DNA of 64,000 bases from Candidatus Altimarinota bacterium (GCA_046314355.1 JBKBWQ010000001.1:1344001-1408000); one strand, 5' to 3'; counted from the stretch's first letter, positions 50,877 through 61,201 are shown. The notes: generated by a model from the letters alone, not told the origin. Made by a program: numbers and translations.

Positions 50877-51575
50877 TTATGAAAGCTGCTTTTTTCTCCA
50901 CTCAGAAATATTTTTATGATGACCTGACATAAGTACGTCAGGTACTTTTACTCCACGCCATTCTTCAGGTCTTGTATAATGAGGATATTCTTTTTTTCTT
51001 CCAAATTGTTTTGAAAATGATTCTTCTTCAGGAGATTCTTCGTTGCCTAGAATACCAGGTAACAAACGTGTGACAGAATCTATGAGAAATAATGCAGGGT
51101 ATTCGCCTCCAGTGAGGATGGCTTCTCCGATGCAAAATTCCATATCCACATACATATCGAGTACTCTTTGATCGATACCTTCATATCTTCCACACAGCAG
51201 AATGACATGTTCATACTTTGAAGAGATCTTTTCTGCTCGAGCTTGAGTATAGCGTTTTCCTCTAGGCGTGAAGTGGATGACTAGAACTGAGAGGCTCTTA
51301 CTCCTCCTTGATAAAGGGGGTTGGGGGGATTGCAGCTCGGCAATCTTTTCTTTTACCGCTTCAATAGCCCGAGCTACAGGTTCCGGACGAAACAGCATAC
51401 CGGCTCCTCCTCCAAAGGGTGTATCATCAATTCTCTTATTTGGTGCTTCTTTATATTCTACGAGATGGTAAAAAGAGACTTCCACTTTTTTATCTTCTAC
51501 AGCTTTTCCTAAAATGCCCGTTTTGAGCGGGGATTCGAAGAATTGGGGGAACATGGTGATGATGTGGAAATGCAT
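50877..51575 (-). CDS. trmD: tRNA (guanine37-N1)-methyltransferase, with REP-derived insertion
   Basis: DDTPFGGGAGML, CGRYEGIDQR, LTGGE and YPHYTRP..VPDVL.SGHH motifs. Confidence 0.96.
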   Translation of the reverse strand: MHFHIITMFPQFFESPLKTGILGKAVEDKKVEVSFYHLVEYKEAPNKRIDDTPFGGGAGMLFRPEPVARAIEAVKEKIAELQSPQPPLSRRSKSLSVLVIHFTPRGKRYTQARAEKISSKYEHVILLCGRYEGIDQRVLDMYVDMEFCIGEAILTGGEYPALFLIDSVTRLLPGILGNEESPEEESFSKQFGRKKEYPHYTRPEEWRGVKVPDVLMSGHHKNISEWRKKQLS

Positions 51576-51709
51576 GGTGGTTCTGTAAGGTCTTTGTGAG
51601 GATAGTACGGAAATGATGGAGGAAAGGCAAGAGTTTTGGTGAGCCAGTCCCTAATCCTAATCCTAATCCTTAATTCTTGAGTCAATATCGCAAAAAGAGG
51701 GAAAACTTC

Positions 51710-52120
51710 GTGTCATTCCCGTGCAGACGGGAACCCATTGCAGGGTATGAGTTTATAAAACTAGTGTTCTTATAGTCTTCACAAATCGTCTTATAAGAGA
51801 TTAGGGTTGGGTGAGGTGAAAAGTGCTTGATGGCGTAGGTGGTTTCTTCTTCACCTGCCGGTGGGGCGTCACTTTTGTGACCAAAAGTAACCAAAAGTCT
51901 TGGGGGAGGAGAAAAGCGTCTGGCAAAGGGGGGGCTTTCTTGGAGTAATCAGACGCTTCTCCTCCCCCAAACCCCCAGGGACGGTGCGGTCTAGATGATG
52001 GCTCAAGTCACTAGTCACTACGCAGCCAGGCGATGTACCTGCGGTACATATCAGGGCTCGGGGAGGGGGGAGCCAATGAGCCATCCCCCTGAAAAGGGGG
52101 ACACAGGGGGTTTGAGTCCG
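51710..52120. repeat. ~410-bp composite palindromic non-coding element, copy 2
   Basis: Direct-orientation copy of 790-1215. Confidence 0.9.
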
Positions 52121-52311
52121 GAGACTCTTATTGCTAAGCCCAAGTGAGTGTCATCCCGTTCAAAGGACATTTTTTTCTATTACTTGAGTCTTCCTAAACC
52201 CTATCTTCAATCTTTTCATCATTCATTGACAATTAGTGAGAATGATTTATTTTATTGTTCGAAAAACGAAATAAGACAATAAATATAAATAGAAAGGAAA
52301 ATGAAAAGACC

Positions 52312-52617
52312 ATGATAACTTGTAAAGTAGATGCTAAGGGTGGAACATTCCAGTACTATCTAAAGATGATCGATAACTATCCAGCGATAAAAGAGATTAA
52401 TCTAGAAAAGCTAAATAGGATTATTAAAGAGTTGGATAGGCAAAAACAGATGCAGTATAAGAATGCATCTAGTATCGACACCTTTAGTTACACTTTATCT
52501 GATGAAGATTGGAGCTGTGTTGTAAAGACTCTTCAAACTTTATCAGAGCATTCGCTGCTTGATAAGGTCCCGATTCTTCGAATGCTCGCTAATCTTAAGG
52601 AGCATGGAATAAAATAA
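52312..52617 (+). CDS. Hypothetical orphan protein
   Basis: ORF preceded by TTGACA at 52226 and AAAGGA, followed by a hairpin/T-run. Confidence 0.55.
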   Translation: MITCKVDAKGGTFQYYLKMIDNYPAIKEINLEKLNRIIKELDRQKQMQYKNASSIDTFSYTLSDEDWSCVVKTLQTLSEHSLLDKVPILRMLANLKEHGIK

Positions 52618-52681
52618 AAATATTATTAAAGCTTTTCTATATTATAGGAAAGCTTTTTTCTTAGTTTAAATCTGAAGAATG

Positions 52682-53836
52682 CTAATTTAAAAGAGATGCC
52701 AAACGTATTTTCCCCACATGAAACACCAATTTCTCTACTAAATAATCTACCTCTTCCATGGTATTCATAAAACTAAAGGAAATCCTGATGCTTCCCTGAG
52801 CTTGGTCTGGAGTTCTTCCGATAGCTGTGAGTGTATGTGATGGTTCCTTTTTTTCTGAGGAACATGCAGCTCCCGTGGATACTGCGATGCCTTCTAGGTC
52901 AAGCCGGATAAGTAGGGTCTCTCCATCCACTCCGTCAAAACTGAGATTGAGAATATGAGGTGTAGTTTGGGTACCTTCTCCATTTAAAATAGCATCGGGA
53001 ATGAACTTGATGATTCTCTCATAAGCATAGTCTCTAAGGGTTTGTACGTATACTTTATGCTCTTCCTGTTTTTCCACAGCTAGTTCTGCTGCCTTTCCCA
53101 TTCCAGCAATATTTGCTACATTTTGTGTGCCTGATCTCATACCAAATTCCTGATGTCCACCGGTAAGCAGCGGCGGAAGCTGCCAGTTGCTGTTGATATA
53201 CATTACTCCGACACCTTTTGGAGCGTGAAATTTATGACCAGAAAGAGAGAGACCGCTTACATGTAAGTCATGTACATTACAGCTTAGATACTGAAATGCC
53301 TGTACTGCATCCGTATGAAAGAATATTCCTTTTTCATTTAACAAAGCTCCAATCTCAGCAACAGGCTGGATCGTTCCAATCTCATTTTGAACATAAATGA
53401 GACTTACAAGAATGGTATCTTTTCTCAATGCTTCCTGTACTTGCTGTTTTGAAATATAACCCTCACTAGTAGGTTGGAGATATGTTACTTCATAGCCCTG
53501 TGATTCAAGATCTCTACACGTTTCTAGCGTTGCAGAGTGTTCAAAGCTGCTCGTAATAATATGCTTTCCATGACTGATGAGCGCATGGGCTACTCCTCTT
53601 AATATAGTATTGGTACTTTCTGTGGCTCCTGAAGTAAAATAAATTTCTTCGTGCGTACATCCAAGTATTCTTGCAAAGGTTTTGCGTGCAGTGTTTAATC
53701 CGAGATGTGCTTCCTGGCCTGGCTGATGGATGGAAGACGGATTTCCGTAATGTTCGGTGAAATAGGGAAGTATGGCTTCTACTACTTCCGGGAGGACTTG
53801 AGTGGTTGCGGCATTGTCGAGATAGATTTTCTGCAT
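52682..53836 (-). CDS. iscS: Cysteine desulfurase (IscS/NifS family)
   Basis: YLDNAATT, GNPSSIH, TSGATES, HTDAVQ, SGHKFHAPKG and STGAACSS motifs. Confidence 0.9.
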   Translation of the reverse strand: MQKIYLDNAATTQVLPEVVEAILPYFTEHYGNPSSIHQPGQEAHLGLNTARKTFARILGCTHEEIYFTSGATESTNTILRGVAHALISHGKHIITSSFEHSATLETCRDLESQGYEVTYLQPTSEGYISKQQVQEALRKDTILVSLIYVQNEIGTIQPVAEIGALLNEKGIFFHTDAVQAFQYLSCNVHDLHVSGLSLSGHKFHAPKGVGVMYINSNWQLPPLLTGGHQEFGMRSGTQNVANIAGMGKAAELAVEKQEEHKVYVQTLRDYAYERIIKFIPDAILNGEGTQTTPHILNLSFDGVDGETLLIRLDLEGIAVSTGAACSSEKKEPSHTLTAIGRTPDQAQGSIRISFSFMNTMEEVDYLVEKLVFHVGKIRLASLLN

Positions 53837-53965
53837 ATGTAATATAATTCTTAGTAGATATATTGTATGGGAACTTTTCCAGTTTGCCAGAGTATATTGT
53901 CTGAAATATGGGTATATAAAAAAGTCCTAAAGATTATTTAGGACTTAGAGAGCTAAGACTATAGG

Positions 53966-55720
53966 TTATAGATTACAAACGATGTTCTTCATCTCCTGTA
54001 ACTGTGCTAGAGCTTTAGCTACATTTTTGGTTTCTGCTACATCAATATTCATATGTTTTTGCATTAATTCTTTATAAGTTCCATCCCAGCCTGCATTCAG
54101 CAAATTAGTATAGTTACTCATAAACTTTTCTTTATCTTCTTTCCATAGATTGATAAAGAGAAGTGCATTCAATGACGCCAAGGTATACTGATAATTATAG
54201 TATGGTGTTTCAAATGAATGTCTTCGGGATGTCCATCTGTAAGCAGCTTCTTCCGGGACTAAAATTTCAGTTCCGGCGATTTCCTGGCTTTCAGTCATGT
54301 GCCAATCAGATATTTGTTTTCCTGAGGGCATGTCTCCTTTCAGCAGAGACTGTTCAATGTTACACTCAAGAGTCAAAGGCTGTCTTTCTCTAAAAATGAA
54401 AAACAATAATGATTCCAACTCTGAACTAAGATATGTTTTTTTTATATCCAGAGGAATATCTGCCTCAAGAATAAAATAAAATCCAATTGCTTCAAAGAAA
54501 GTTGAATGGCTTTCATTTAAAGCTCTTGAAGGTACCAGAGAATTCATATTCATGAGTTTTCCGGCTGCTCGCTGTCCATAGAGATTATCCACACAATGAC
54601 CAATTTCGTGAAATACATAGGATAGGTAGGAAGTTTTAAATACATTTTTCCAACCTATAATTGCCCATGGACCATTATAACAGTTCTCGGCATGTATCAC
54701 ATTTTGTCTGTGAGGTAAATCCTCAAACTGAACCCTACCTTCTTCGAAGAACTGTTTTACTGAGGTGCCAATGTCATCGGATATAAATTTCCCGAGGGAA
54801 ATAGTATATTCGATAGCTTCTTGAATACTAATAGGATTATTGGTATCAAGAGGAGCATTAATATCGTAGAGTGCAAAGTCATTTAATCCTAGTTTTGCAG
54901 ATTTGAAACTATAATATTCTCTATAAATAGTATTCTGAAGTTGAATAGTATCCATAATATTCCACACTTCTTCGCCTGTTAAGCCGGAACCATGAGCACT
55001 CATTTCAAAGGCAGACTTAAATCCATACTTTTTTGCTAATGTAATTTGCTGCTGTATGCTTCCATTCAAAAGTTCTGAAAAATCATCGAGCTGTTCTTTT
55101 ACAAATGCATAATTATAAAAAGATGCACGTCTGACTGACCTATCCGAATGATTAGAATGCTCAGATGCCCACCGTAAGTCATAAGGCAGCATTTTATGAA
55201 GCTTGGCATATTTTTCAATTTGCCCGCTATAAAATTCTCCACTTGTTGGATCGATATTCACTACAAGTGACCGAATGTTCTTAAGGAATTGCTTTGCATG
55301 AATTTTATAAGGATCGAGTATCAACAAAAATGCATCAAACTCTGCATCTGTGAATTCGATGAGATCTTTAAATGACTCAATAGCACTATCTAAATCACCA
55401 TCGAGAATGGAAACAGAGATAAAGGCTTCTTTAGCTTTCATATTACTTTCATCAAGAGCACGAAGATTACGTGTATAAACTGTCATGATATTCATAAGAA
55501 TTGTCTGATCTGAATATGCATGCAACATTGCGGCGTAGTCTTTTAGATCCCTTGATATCTTATAGAGATCATACTGATCTTTCACTTCCTGTATTTGAGC
55601 TTTAAGCTCTTTAAGTGAAAAATTCCATTTAGGATCTTCCAAAGAAAGAAAGAACATATCTAAATTCATTCCGTATAGAGCATTTTGCTCACTATTCGGG
55701 TACTTTTTTTCAAACATCAT
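53966..55720 (-). CDS. Divergent M3B oligoendopeptidase F-like metallopeptidase
   Basis: W.F..L N-terminus, YDI.AP, HEIGH zinc motif with downstream E..S.FFE, W....H....YYNYQY. Confidence 0.7.
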   Translation of the reverse strand: MMFEKKYPNSEQNALYGMNLDMFFLSLEDPKWNFSLKELKAQIQEVKDQYDLYKISRDLKDYAAMLHAYSDQTILMNIMTVYTRNLRALDESNMKAKEAFISVSILDGDLDSAIESFKDLIEFTDAEFDAFLLILDPYKIHAKQFLKNIRSLVVNIDPTSGEFYSGQIEKYAKLHKMLPYDLRWASEHSNHSDRSVRRASFYNYAFVKEQLDDFSELLNGSIQQQITLAKKYGFKSAFEMSAHGSGLTGEEVWNIMDTIQLQNTIYREYYSFKSAKLGLNDFALYDINAPLDTNNPISIQEAIEYTISLGKFISDDIGTSVKQFFEEGRVQFEDLPHRQNVIHAENCYNGPWAIIGWKNVFKTSYLSYVFHEIGHCVDNLYGQRAAGKLMNMNSLVPSRALNESHSTFFEAIGFYFILEADIPLDIKKTYLSSELESLLFFIFRERQPLTLECNIEQSLLKGDMPSGKQISDWHMTESQEIAGTEILVPEEAAYRWTSRRHSFETPYYNYQYTLASLNALLFINLWKEDKEKFMSNYTNLLNAGWDGTYKELMQKHMNIDVAETKNVAKALAQLQEMKNIVCNL

Positions 55721-55916
55721 TATTCTCCTTTTATTTATATTTTATAAAAGCAGTTATAAGTATTAAATCACCTAGTGTCAAGTTTGCTTTTAAGTATGAG
55801 TAATGCTTTAACTGTACATATAATGATTTATTTATAGAATAGATCATGCTTATAGTATAATACTGTCTGTAAAATAGAAAATTTCAGCTGCCCACTATTC
55901 ATTATTAATTTATAGT

Positions 55917-57182
55917 ATGATCGATATTAAAGACCTTAGATCCCGCCCGGATTATTACAAAACTTCTACTTCTGCTAAAAATGCTGATCCTTCAGTAGTG
56001 GATCTCGTTATGGAGCTTGATGACAAGCGAAAGTCTGCACGGCTCAAGTTTGATGACCTTCGAGCTGAACAGAATAGACTTTCCAAGGAGATCCCCACTG
56101 CAGATGCAGGTAGAAAAGTTGAGCTTATGGAAAAATCCAAGGCTATTTCCGGTGAGATCAAGGAGCTTGATACGATCGCCAACGAGGCAGAGAAAGCCTT
56201 TGCTGAAGCACTTTCTAATATTCCAAATCCTATTCATGAGAGCGTAGTAGTAGGAAAAGACGATTCTGAGAATGTTGTTCTACGTTATGAAGGTAAAAAA
56301 CCTGAGTTTGATTTTGAACCAAAAGAACATTGGGAGATTGCGGAGAATCTTGGACTGCTCGATATGGAGCGAGGAGCGAAGGTGAGTGGAAGCAGATTCT
56401 ACTATATGAAAGGAGATCTTGTGATGCTTGAGAGAGCTATGATGGATTTTGTACTTAAGAAGATTGTATCCAAAGGATTTACGGCTATGGTTCCTCCTTT
56501 CCTTGTGAAAGAGCGTGCCATGTGGGGTACTGGATTTTTCCCTGCAGATAAAAATGAGATCTATACAGTGAATCCTGGTGAGGATGATCTGTATCTTATC
56601 GGTACTTCTGAGGTTCCTCTCGTCAATTATCATGATAGTGAAGTTCTAGACATTGAAGAGAAGCCGCTCCGATATGTAGGAATCAGTCCTTGTTTTAGAA
56701 GAGAGGCAGGAAGTTATGGTAAAGATACAAAAGGTATACTTCGCGTGCATCAGTTTGAAAAAGTAGAGATGGTGATCTTTACGACTCCAGAGAATAGCTG
56801 GAAAGAACATGAGATGATCCGGGAGATAGAGGAAGAAATTCTAAAAGATCTTGAGATTCCGTATCAGGTACTCAATATTTGCAGCGGTGACTTGGGATGG
56901 CCGGCAGCGAAAAAGTATGATCTGGAAGCATGGATGCCTGGACAAGGAAAATATAGAGAGGTAACTTCTACTTCAAATACTACAGATTTTCAAACTAGAC
57001 GACTCAATATTAGATATAAGGACAAAGACGGAAATACGAAAATTGCCTATAGCTTAAATGGTACTGGAAGCTCAATGAGACCGCTCATTGCTATCATAGA
57101 GAACTATCAGGAAAAGGACGGTTCAATCCGTATTCCAAAAGTCCTCCAAGACTATATGCAAAAAGAACGTATTACGGTATAA
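55917..57182 (+). CDS. serS: Serine--tRNA ligase
   Basis: GSRFYY, LIGTSEV, CFRREAGS.GKDTKGI.RVHQFEKVE, YDLEAW.P and NTTDFQ.RRL motifs. Confidence 0.97.
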   Translation: MIDIKDLRSRPDYYKTSTSAKNADPSVVDLVMELDDKRKSARLKFDDLRAEQNRLSKEIPTADAGRKVELMEKSKAISGEIKELDTIANEAEKAFAEALSNIPNPIHESVVVGKDDSENVVLRYEGKKPEFDFEPKEHWEIAENLGLLDMERGAKVSGSRFYYMKGDLVMLERAMMDFVLKKIVSKGFTAMVPPFLVKERAMWGTGFFPADKNEIYTVNPGEDDLYLIGTSEVPLVNYHDSEVLDIEEKPLRYVGISPCFRREAGSYGKDTKGILRVHQFEKVEMVIFTTPENSWKEHEMIREIEEEILKDLEIPYQVLNICSGDLGWPAAKKYDLEAWMPGQGKYREVTSTSNTTDFQTRRLNIRYKDKDGNTKIAYSLNGTGSSMRPLIAIIENYQEKDGSIRIPKVLQDYMQKERITV

Positions 57183-57195
57183 TATAGGTACTTAT

Positions 57196-57226
57196 GCGTC
57201 ATCCTGAGATAAGTTCAGGATGACGC
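57196..57226. repeat. GTCATCC REP-like palindrome
   Basis: GCGTCATCCTGA-GATAAGT-TCAGGATGACGC. Confidence 0.8.
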
Positions 57227-57250
57227 TACACTTTCTCTCTTTCACAACGT

Positions 57251-57991
57251 ATGCTCACTCTTTCCTCGGATTCACTAGAACAGTACGGTCTCAACCGTAT
57301 ATTTGAGATAACTAAAGAAGCAGGCTATGAAGGTATTGATATTGTAGTCTCCAAGAATATGGATACCCGGGATGCAGAATATCTTAAAGAACTCTCGATA
57401 AAATATCAGCTTCCGATCACATCTCTTCAGTCAGGTCCTAACACTTCAAGAAAAGAGGCTATTGAACTTATTAAAGTTGCAAAGGATGCACAGGTGCCGG
57501 TAGTTATTTTCTATCCGCCGCCGCTCATGGATTTTTCCTATGTGCAGTGGGTCAAGAATGATCTTCCTATTCTGCAGAAGAGAAATGAGCTTATCGTTGC
57601 TATGGTAAACGCGCCGGCAACGACACTTTTTGGAGTACTACCAGAAAGAGCTATGAATAATTTTCAGGCTTTAAATAGATTTGGTGCTCTCGCACTGGAT
57701 ATTTCCAATCTTGAGACACAGAGACTCAATCCTCTCCGTGTATATGCACATTTTCAGAAAGATATTATCCAGGTATTCTTCTCCAATTTTCACAAAGGAC
57801 TCACTCATATGCCTCCTGAAGAGGGAACTCTCCCACTTGAATCATTCCTTACAAAACTCAAACAAAGTCAGTATAGAGGAAATATCAGTGTAAAGCTTCG
57901 TCCCTCTGAACTGACAGCAAAAACTACAGCAGATGTAGTGGAAAAACTCGTAAACACAAAGGCTTTTATTGAGAAATATTATAACGCGTAA
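57251..57991 (+). CDS. Xylose isomerase-like/AP-endonuclease-2 TIM-barrel protein (degenerate metal ligands)
   Basis: E.GYEGID, LP..SL, LD...L and H.P..G.LPL..F...L....Y.G pattern. Confidence 0.6.
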   Translation: MLTLSSDSLEQYGLNRIFEITKEAGYEGIDIVVSKNMDTRDAEYLKELSIKYQLPITSLQSGPNTSRKEAIELIKVAKDAQVPVVIFYPPPLMDFSYVQWVKNDLPILQKRNELIVAMVNAPATTLFGVLPERAMNNFQALNRFGALALDISNLETQRLNPLRVYAHFQKDIIQVFFSNFHKGLTHMPPEEGTLPLESFLTKLKQSQYRGNISVKLRPSELTAKTTADVVEKLVNTKAFIEKYYNA

Positions 57992-58657
57992 ATGATGCCT
58001 TTGCTTGAAGTGAAATCCCTTTCGAAGTCCTACGGCACTGAGAAGATACTCTCAGATGTGTCTTTTTCTATGGAGCAGGGAAAGGTAGTAGCCATTAGTG
58101 GTCCTTCCGGAAGCGGGAAAACAACTCTCCTTCATATGATTGCAGGACTTATTACTCCAGAAAAAGGTGAGATTTTTCTAGATGGTACAGATATATTACT
58201 CCTCTCAGAGAGTGCTCGTCTAAGAATACTCTCTGAAGAGGTTGGGGTGGTCTTTCAGGCTTTTCATCTTCTCCCGTACCTTACTGTGGAGGAAAATATA
58301 AGTTTGCCTCTTCTTTTCAAAAAAGAGTCCGCACATGCAATGAAGAAACGAATCTCATATATTTTGGAAAGAGTAGGTCTTAAGGATCACGAGCATAAAA
58401 AGATCTCTGAGTTATCGGGAGGGCAAAGACAGCGTGTGGCAGTTGCACGGGCTCTTCTGCATAAGCCAAAGCTGATACTGGCAGATGAACCCACAGGAAA
58501 TCTAGATGAAATGACTGCAACACAGGTAACAGATCTCCTGGAGACTCTTGCACGTGAGGAAGGAGCAAGTGTATTACTCGTCACTCATGAGCAGGCATAC
58601 CTGGAAAAAGCAGATGAGATCTGGGATCTTAAAGAGAAAAAGTTAGTGAAGAGATAA
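57992..58657 (+). CDS. ABC transporter ATP-binding protein (LolD/FtsE-like)
   Basis: GPSGSGKTT, VFQ.F.L, LSGGQRQRVA, LADEPTGNLD and VTH motifs. Confidence 0.92.
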   Translation: MMPLLEVKSLSKSYGTEKILSDVSFSMEQGKVVAISGPSGSGKTTLLHMIAGLITPEKGEIFLDGTDILLLSESARLRILSEEVGVVFQAFHLLPYLTVEENISLPLLFKKESAHAMKKRISYILERVGLKDHEHKKISELSGGQRQRVAVARALLHKPKLILADEPTGNLDEMTATQVTDLLETLAREEGASVLLVTHEQAYLEKADEIWDLKEKKLVKR

Positions 58658-58662
58658 GTCTC

Positions 58663-58770
58663 CGTCATCCCGGGCTCGACCCGGGATCTCATGCGCATAG
58701 CTAGAGTCGCCAGCGTAATTTTGCGACTCATGTAAAGTGTATGAAATTCTGAAACAAGTTCAGAATGACG
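58663..58770. repeat. Inverted pair of GTCATYC REP-like palindromes
   Basis: CGTCATCCCGGG-CTCGA-CCCGGGATCT ... ATTCTGAA-ACAAG-TTCAGAATGACG. Confidence 0.75.
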
Positions 58771-58790
58771 CGGCTTTCATGATATCACGT

Positions 58791-59090
58791 AAAAGAAAAC
58801 CCACCACGTATGACGTGGTGGGTTTTAGAAGAACTGATTTTGGTCCTTCTTCCTCCTTTTATTCAGTCAACAGGTCTCAATAGAAATGAACCTGTCACGA
58901 CTGCTTATTCTTTGCGTTGAATTTTTATTTTTACTTTTTGTTTTTTTAAAATTTTTGTTCCTTTTATTTTTGATTTTTTTTGGAATTTTGTTTTGAAGTG
59001 CAAAGAAATAAGTAAGGAGGAGAAAGGAACTAGTATTTAGGTGCTTTCTTCTCCCTGCTTAAAGCGATGAGATGTCAAAGAACAGACTTC
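58791..59090 (-). ncRNA. Candidate novel ~300-nt structured ncRNA with boxA and A-rich loop
   Basis: TTGCTC-N18-TATACT promoter with extended -10 TG, boxA TGTTCTTTGACA, nested long-range stems, side hairpin, strong terminator; no ATG-started ORF longer than 5 codons. Confidence 0.6.
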
Positions 59091-59319
59091 ATAGAAGTAT
59101 ATCATGAATAGGGAGTTTTGAGCAATAATCATCTTTGAAAAAGATAAATTTTAAACGATACAGAGAAAAGCTAGTACTTTGTAATAAAATGATCATTCTG
59201 CAAAGAGCAAGTGATTGGCTTTAATTGATTCTTTGCCGGCTATCCTTATAGTAACTCCGCAGCAAAACACGTTCATTGAAGTATCATATTATAATAAAAA
59301 AAGGAGCATATACAAAAAA

Positions 59320-59910
59320 ATGTTCAAGTTTTTAAAAAACCTTTTTCGTACCTTTCATACAGATAAATCTGTGGAAGAAGGACAGAAAAAAGTTATTGAA
59401 CAACATGTACTACCGCCACCAGTTTTTATACACCAGCCCAATATTAATACTATAAATATTAATATTGTGAACGGTGATAATAATAAGGTGGGTAATGATT
59501 CAAACAACACGGAGGTCATTAGATACGTGCCACAGTCAGATCTATTGTTGCGCGAAGTGGTGAACTACGCACTCAATAAGGATATGTATGGTCTCAGAGT
59601 TTGGAGTGTTTTAGATGATCAAGACGTAGTAGGGTACTTTTTTGTCGGCAATGACGAGAGAATGCGCATGTACGTAGATTCTGAAAAAGTCTCACTTAGA
59701 CCAGGAGTGAGAGCTTCAGGTAAAAAGAGACTCATTGATGAGAACTTTTATTGTACACTAAATATAATTACCACACATACGTGGGAAAGTTGTTTAGAAG
59801 CAGATAATATTATTCAAATCAATAATGCTCCAAGCAAGAGAAGTCTTGTATTAAGTGAATTAGCTGAGGAGGTGATAATCAGCAGTAAGCGAAAGCTTGT
59901 AGGTAAATAA
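59320..59910 (+). CDS. Hypothetical orphan protein with amphipathic N-terminus
   Basis: AAGGAG SD, MFKFLKNLF start, terminator at 59933-59959. Confidence 0.6.
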   Translation: MFKFLKNLFRTFHTDKSVEEGQKKVIEQHVLPPPVFIHQPNINTININIVNGDNNKVGNDSNNTEVIRYVPQSDLLLREVVNYALNKDMYGLRVWSVLDDQDVVGYFFVGNDERMRMYVDSEKVSLRPGVRASGKKRLIDENFYCTLNIITTHTWESCLEADNIIQINNAPSKRSLVLSELAEEVIISSKRKLVGK

Positions 59911-60013
59911 ACAAAAAGAGTGTTTTGCGCTAAGCCGAGTCTAATAAACTCGGTTTTTTCCTATATAAAAAATTCATAGCCCGAGCTATGAATTTTTTGA
60001 GAATTACTATTAC

Positions 60014-61201
60014 TTATTCGTTAATCTGAATCTTATCCTGCTGCAGCTCAATACGGTTATAGTCTTCTTCTTTGACCTCCTGTGAAGGCATATCTTCATC
60101 TCCAGGGAAGAAGTATTCAACTATGTTTTTTCTAGCATCATTGGCTATCTTCAGTGCCTCTTGTTCAGTGAGATTCTCTTCCTCAGAAGTAAGTAATGTC
60201 TGTAGTTCAGTATAATCCTTTAGTATAAAGTTCTTATCTCTTCCTCTCTGCAGGAATCTTGATTCAAGATCAGATATCTTTTTATCCTTCTCCTCCATAA
60301 TCTGAGATTTGAATGCAAATGCTTTCTGCATCTGGACTATCTGTTTATCATCTCCCCGGTAATCTTCACTGATGGCTCTAATAATAGATTCAATTTCAGT
60401 TAATTGTCCTGCGTAAATACTGAGAATCTCCCACTTTGCTCTAGATACATCTATAAATTCAAGATATTCACTCACATTATTAAAGAACTTTCTTGCCTCA
60501 GAGAGTGACTTAAAATCCTGTACCACATGAGTTTTTTCTAAAACTTCATTATCAATACGTTCAATTTCTTTTTCAAACTGCATTGTGCCGTAACTCTGCA
60601 CTGCAGGTTCCTGCTCAGACGGTGCTGGTTTATTTTCAAGGACTGCCGTATTTCCCTTTGTTGAGACAAGCGGTTGAGTATTATTATTTTCTGATGCCTT
60701 TTTCTCTTCCATAAATCTGTTGAACTGGAATCTTGGATCTGTCTCTTGATCCTCTGTAGGCTTATCATCACTATTCTGACTTGGGATCACGTGTACAAGT
60801 TCTTCTAGATTGATATCTCCTCTAAACAATGCAGTTAACTCTTTCTGATCCTCTTCTCCAAGAGGAAGTATATCTTCTTTGTAAAGCTTGTATAAAAGCA
60901 TGATCTGCGCTTTTCCCTCTCCATTTTTTTCTCTATTATCATCTAGTTCAGTCTCAAAGAGCTTTCTGTCATCAGCATTAATAACAAAAGTTTTTATTAC
61001 AAACTCAGGACTTAAATTCATAATATTTGAGAGCTTGAGTGCTCCAGGATTTTCTGACTCTTTCTTTTCTACCACTGCAGTAACCTTCTTTTTAAAAAGA
61101 TTTTTAAATGAAGAAAATAGTCCTGTTACAGGCTCTTTTTGCTGCTCAATAGGAGATGCTACTTTCGGCTCCTCAACTCTTTTAAATAACCCGAATGCCA
61201 T
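60014..61201 (-). CDS. Hypothetical acidic/coiled-coil protein
   Basis: ~395-aa ORF; MAFGLFKR and GLFSSFKNLFKKK amphipathic segments. Confidence 0.7.
   Translation of the reverse strand: MAFGLFKRVEEPKVASPIEQQKEPVTGLFSSFKNLFKKKVTAVVEKKESENPGALKLSNIMNLSPEFVIKTFVINADDRKLFETELDDNREKNGEGKAQIMLLYKLYKEDILPLGEEDQKELTALFRGDINLEELVHVIPSQNSDDKPTEDQETDPRFQFNRFMEEKKASENNNTQPLVSTKGNTAVLENKPAPSEQEPAVQSYGTMQFEKEIERIDNEVLEKTHVVQDFKSLSEARKFFNNVSEYLEFIDVSRAKWEILSIYAGQLTEIESIIRAISEDYRGDDKQIVQMQKAFAFKSQIMEEKDKKISDLESRFLQRGRDKNFILKDYTELQTLLTSEEENLTEQEALKIANDARKNIVEYFFPGDEDMPSQEVKEEDYNRIELQQDKIQINE

Noticed and set aside
58905-59003. TTG-started 32-codon Lys-rich frame through the A-rich loop (HFKTKFQKKSKIKG...)
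   Set aside because: No SD or ATG, and the start is buried in the stem. An open frame is expected by chance in an A-rich tract; Ribo-seq would settle it.
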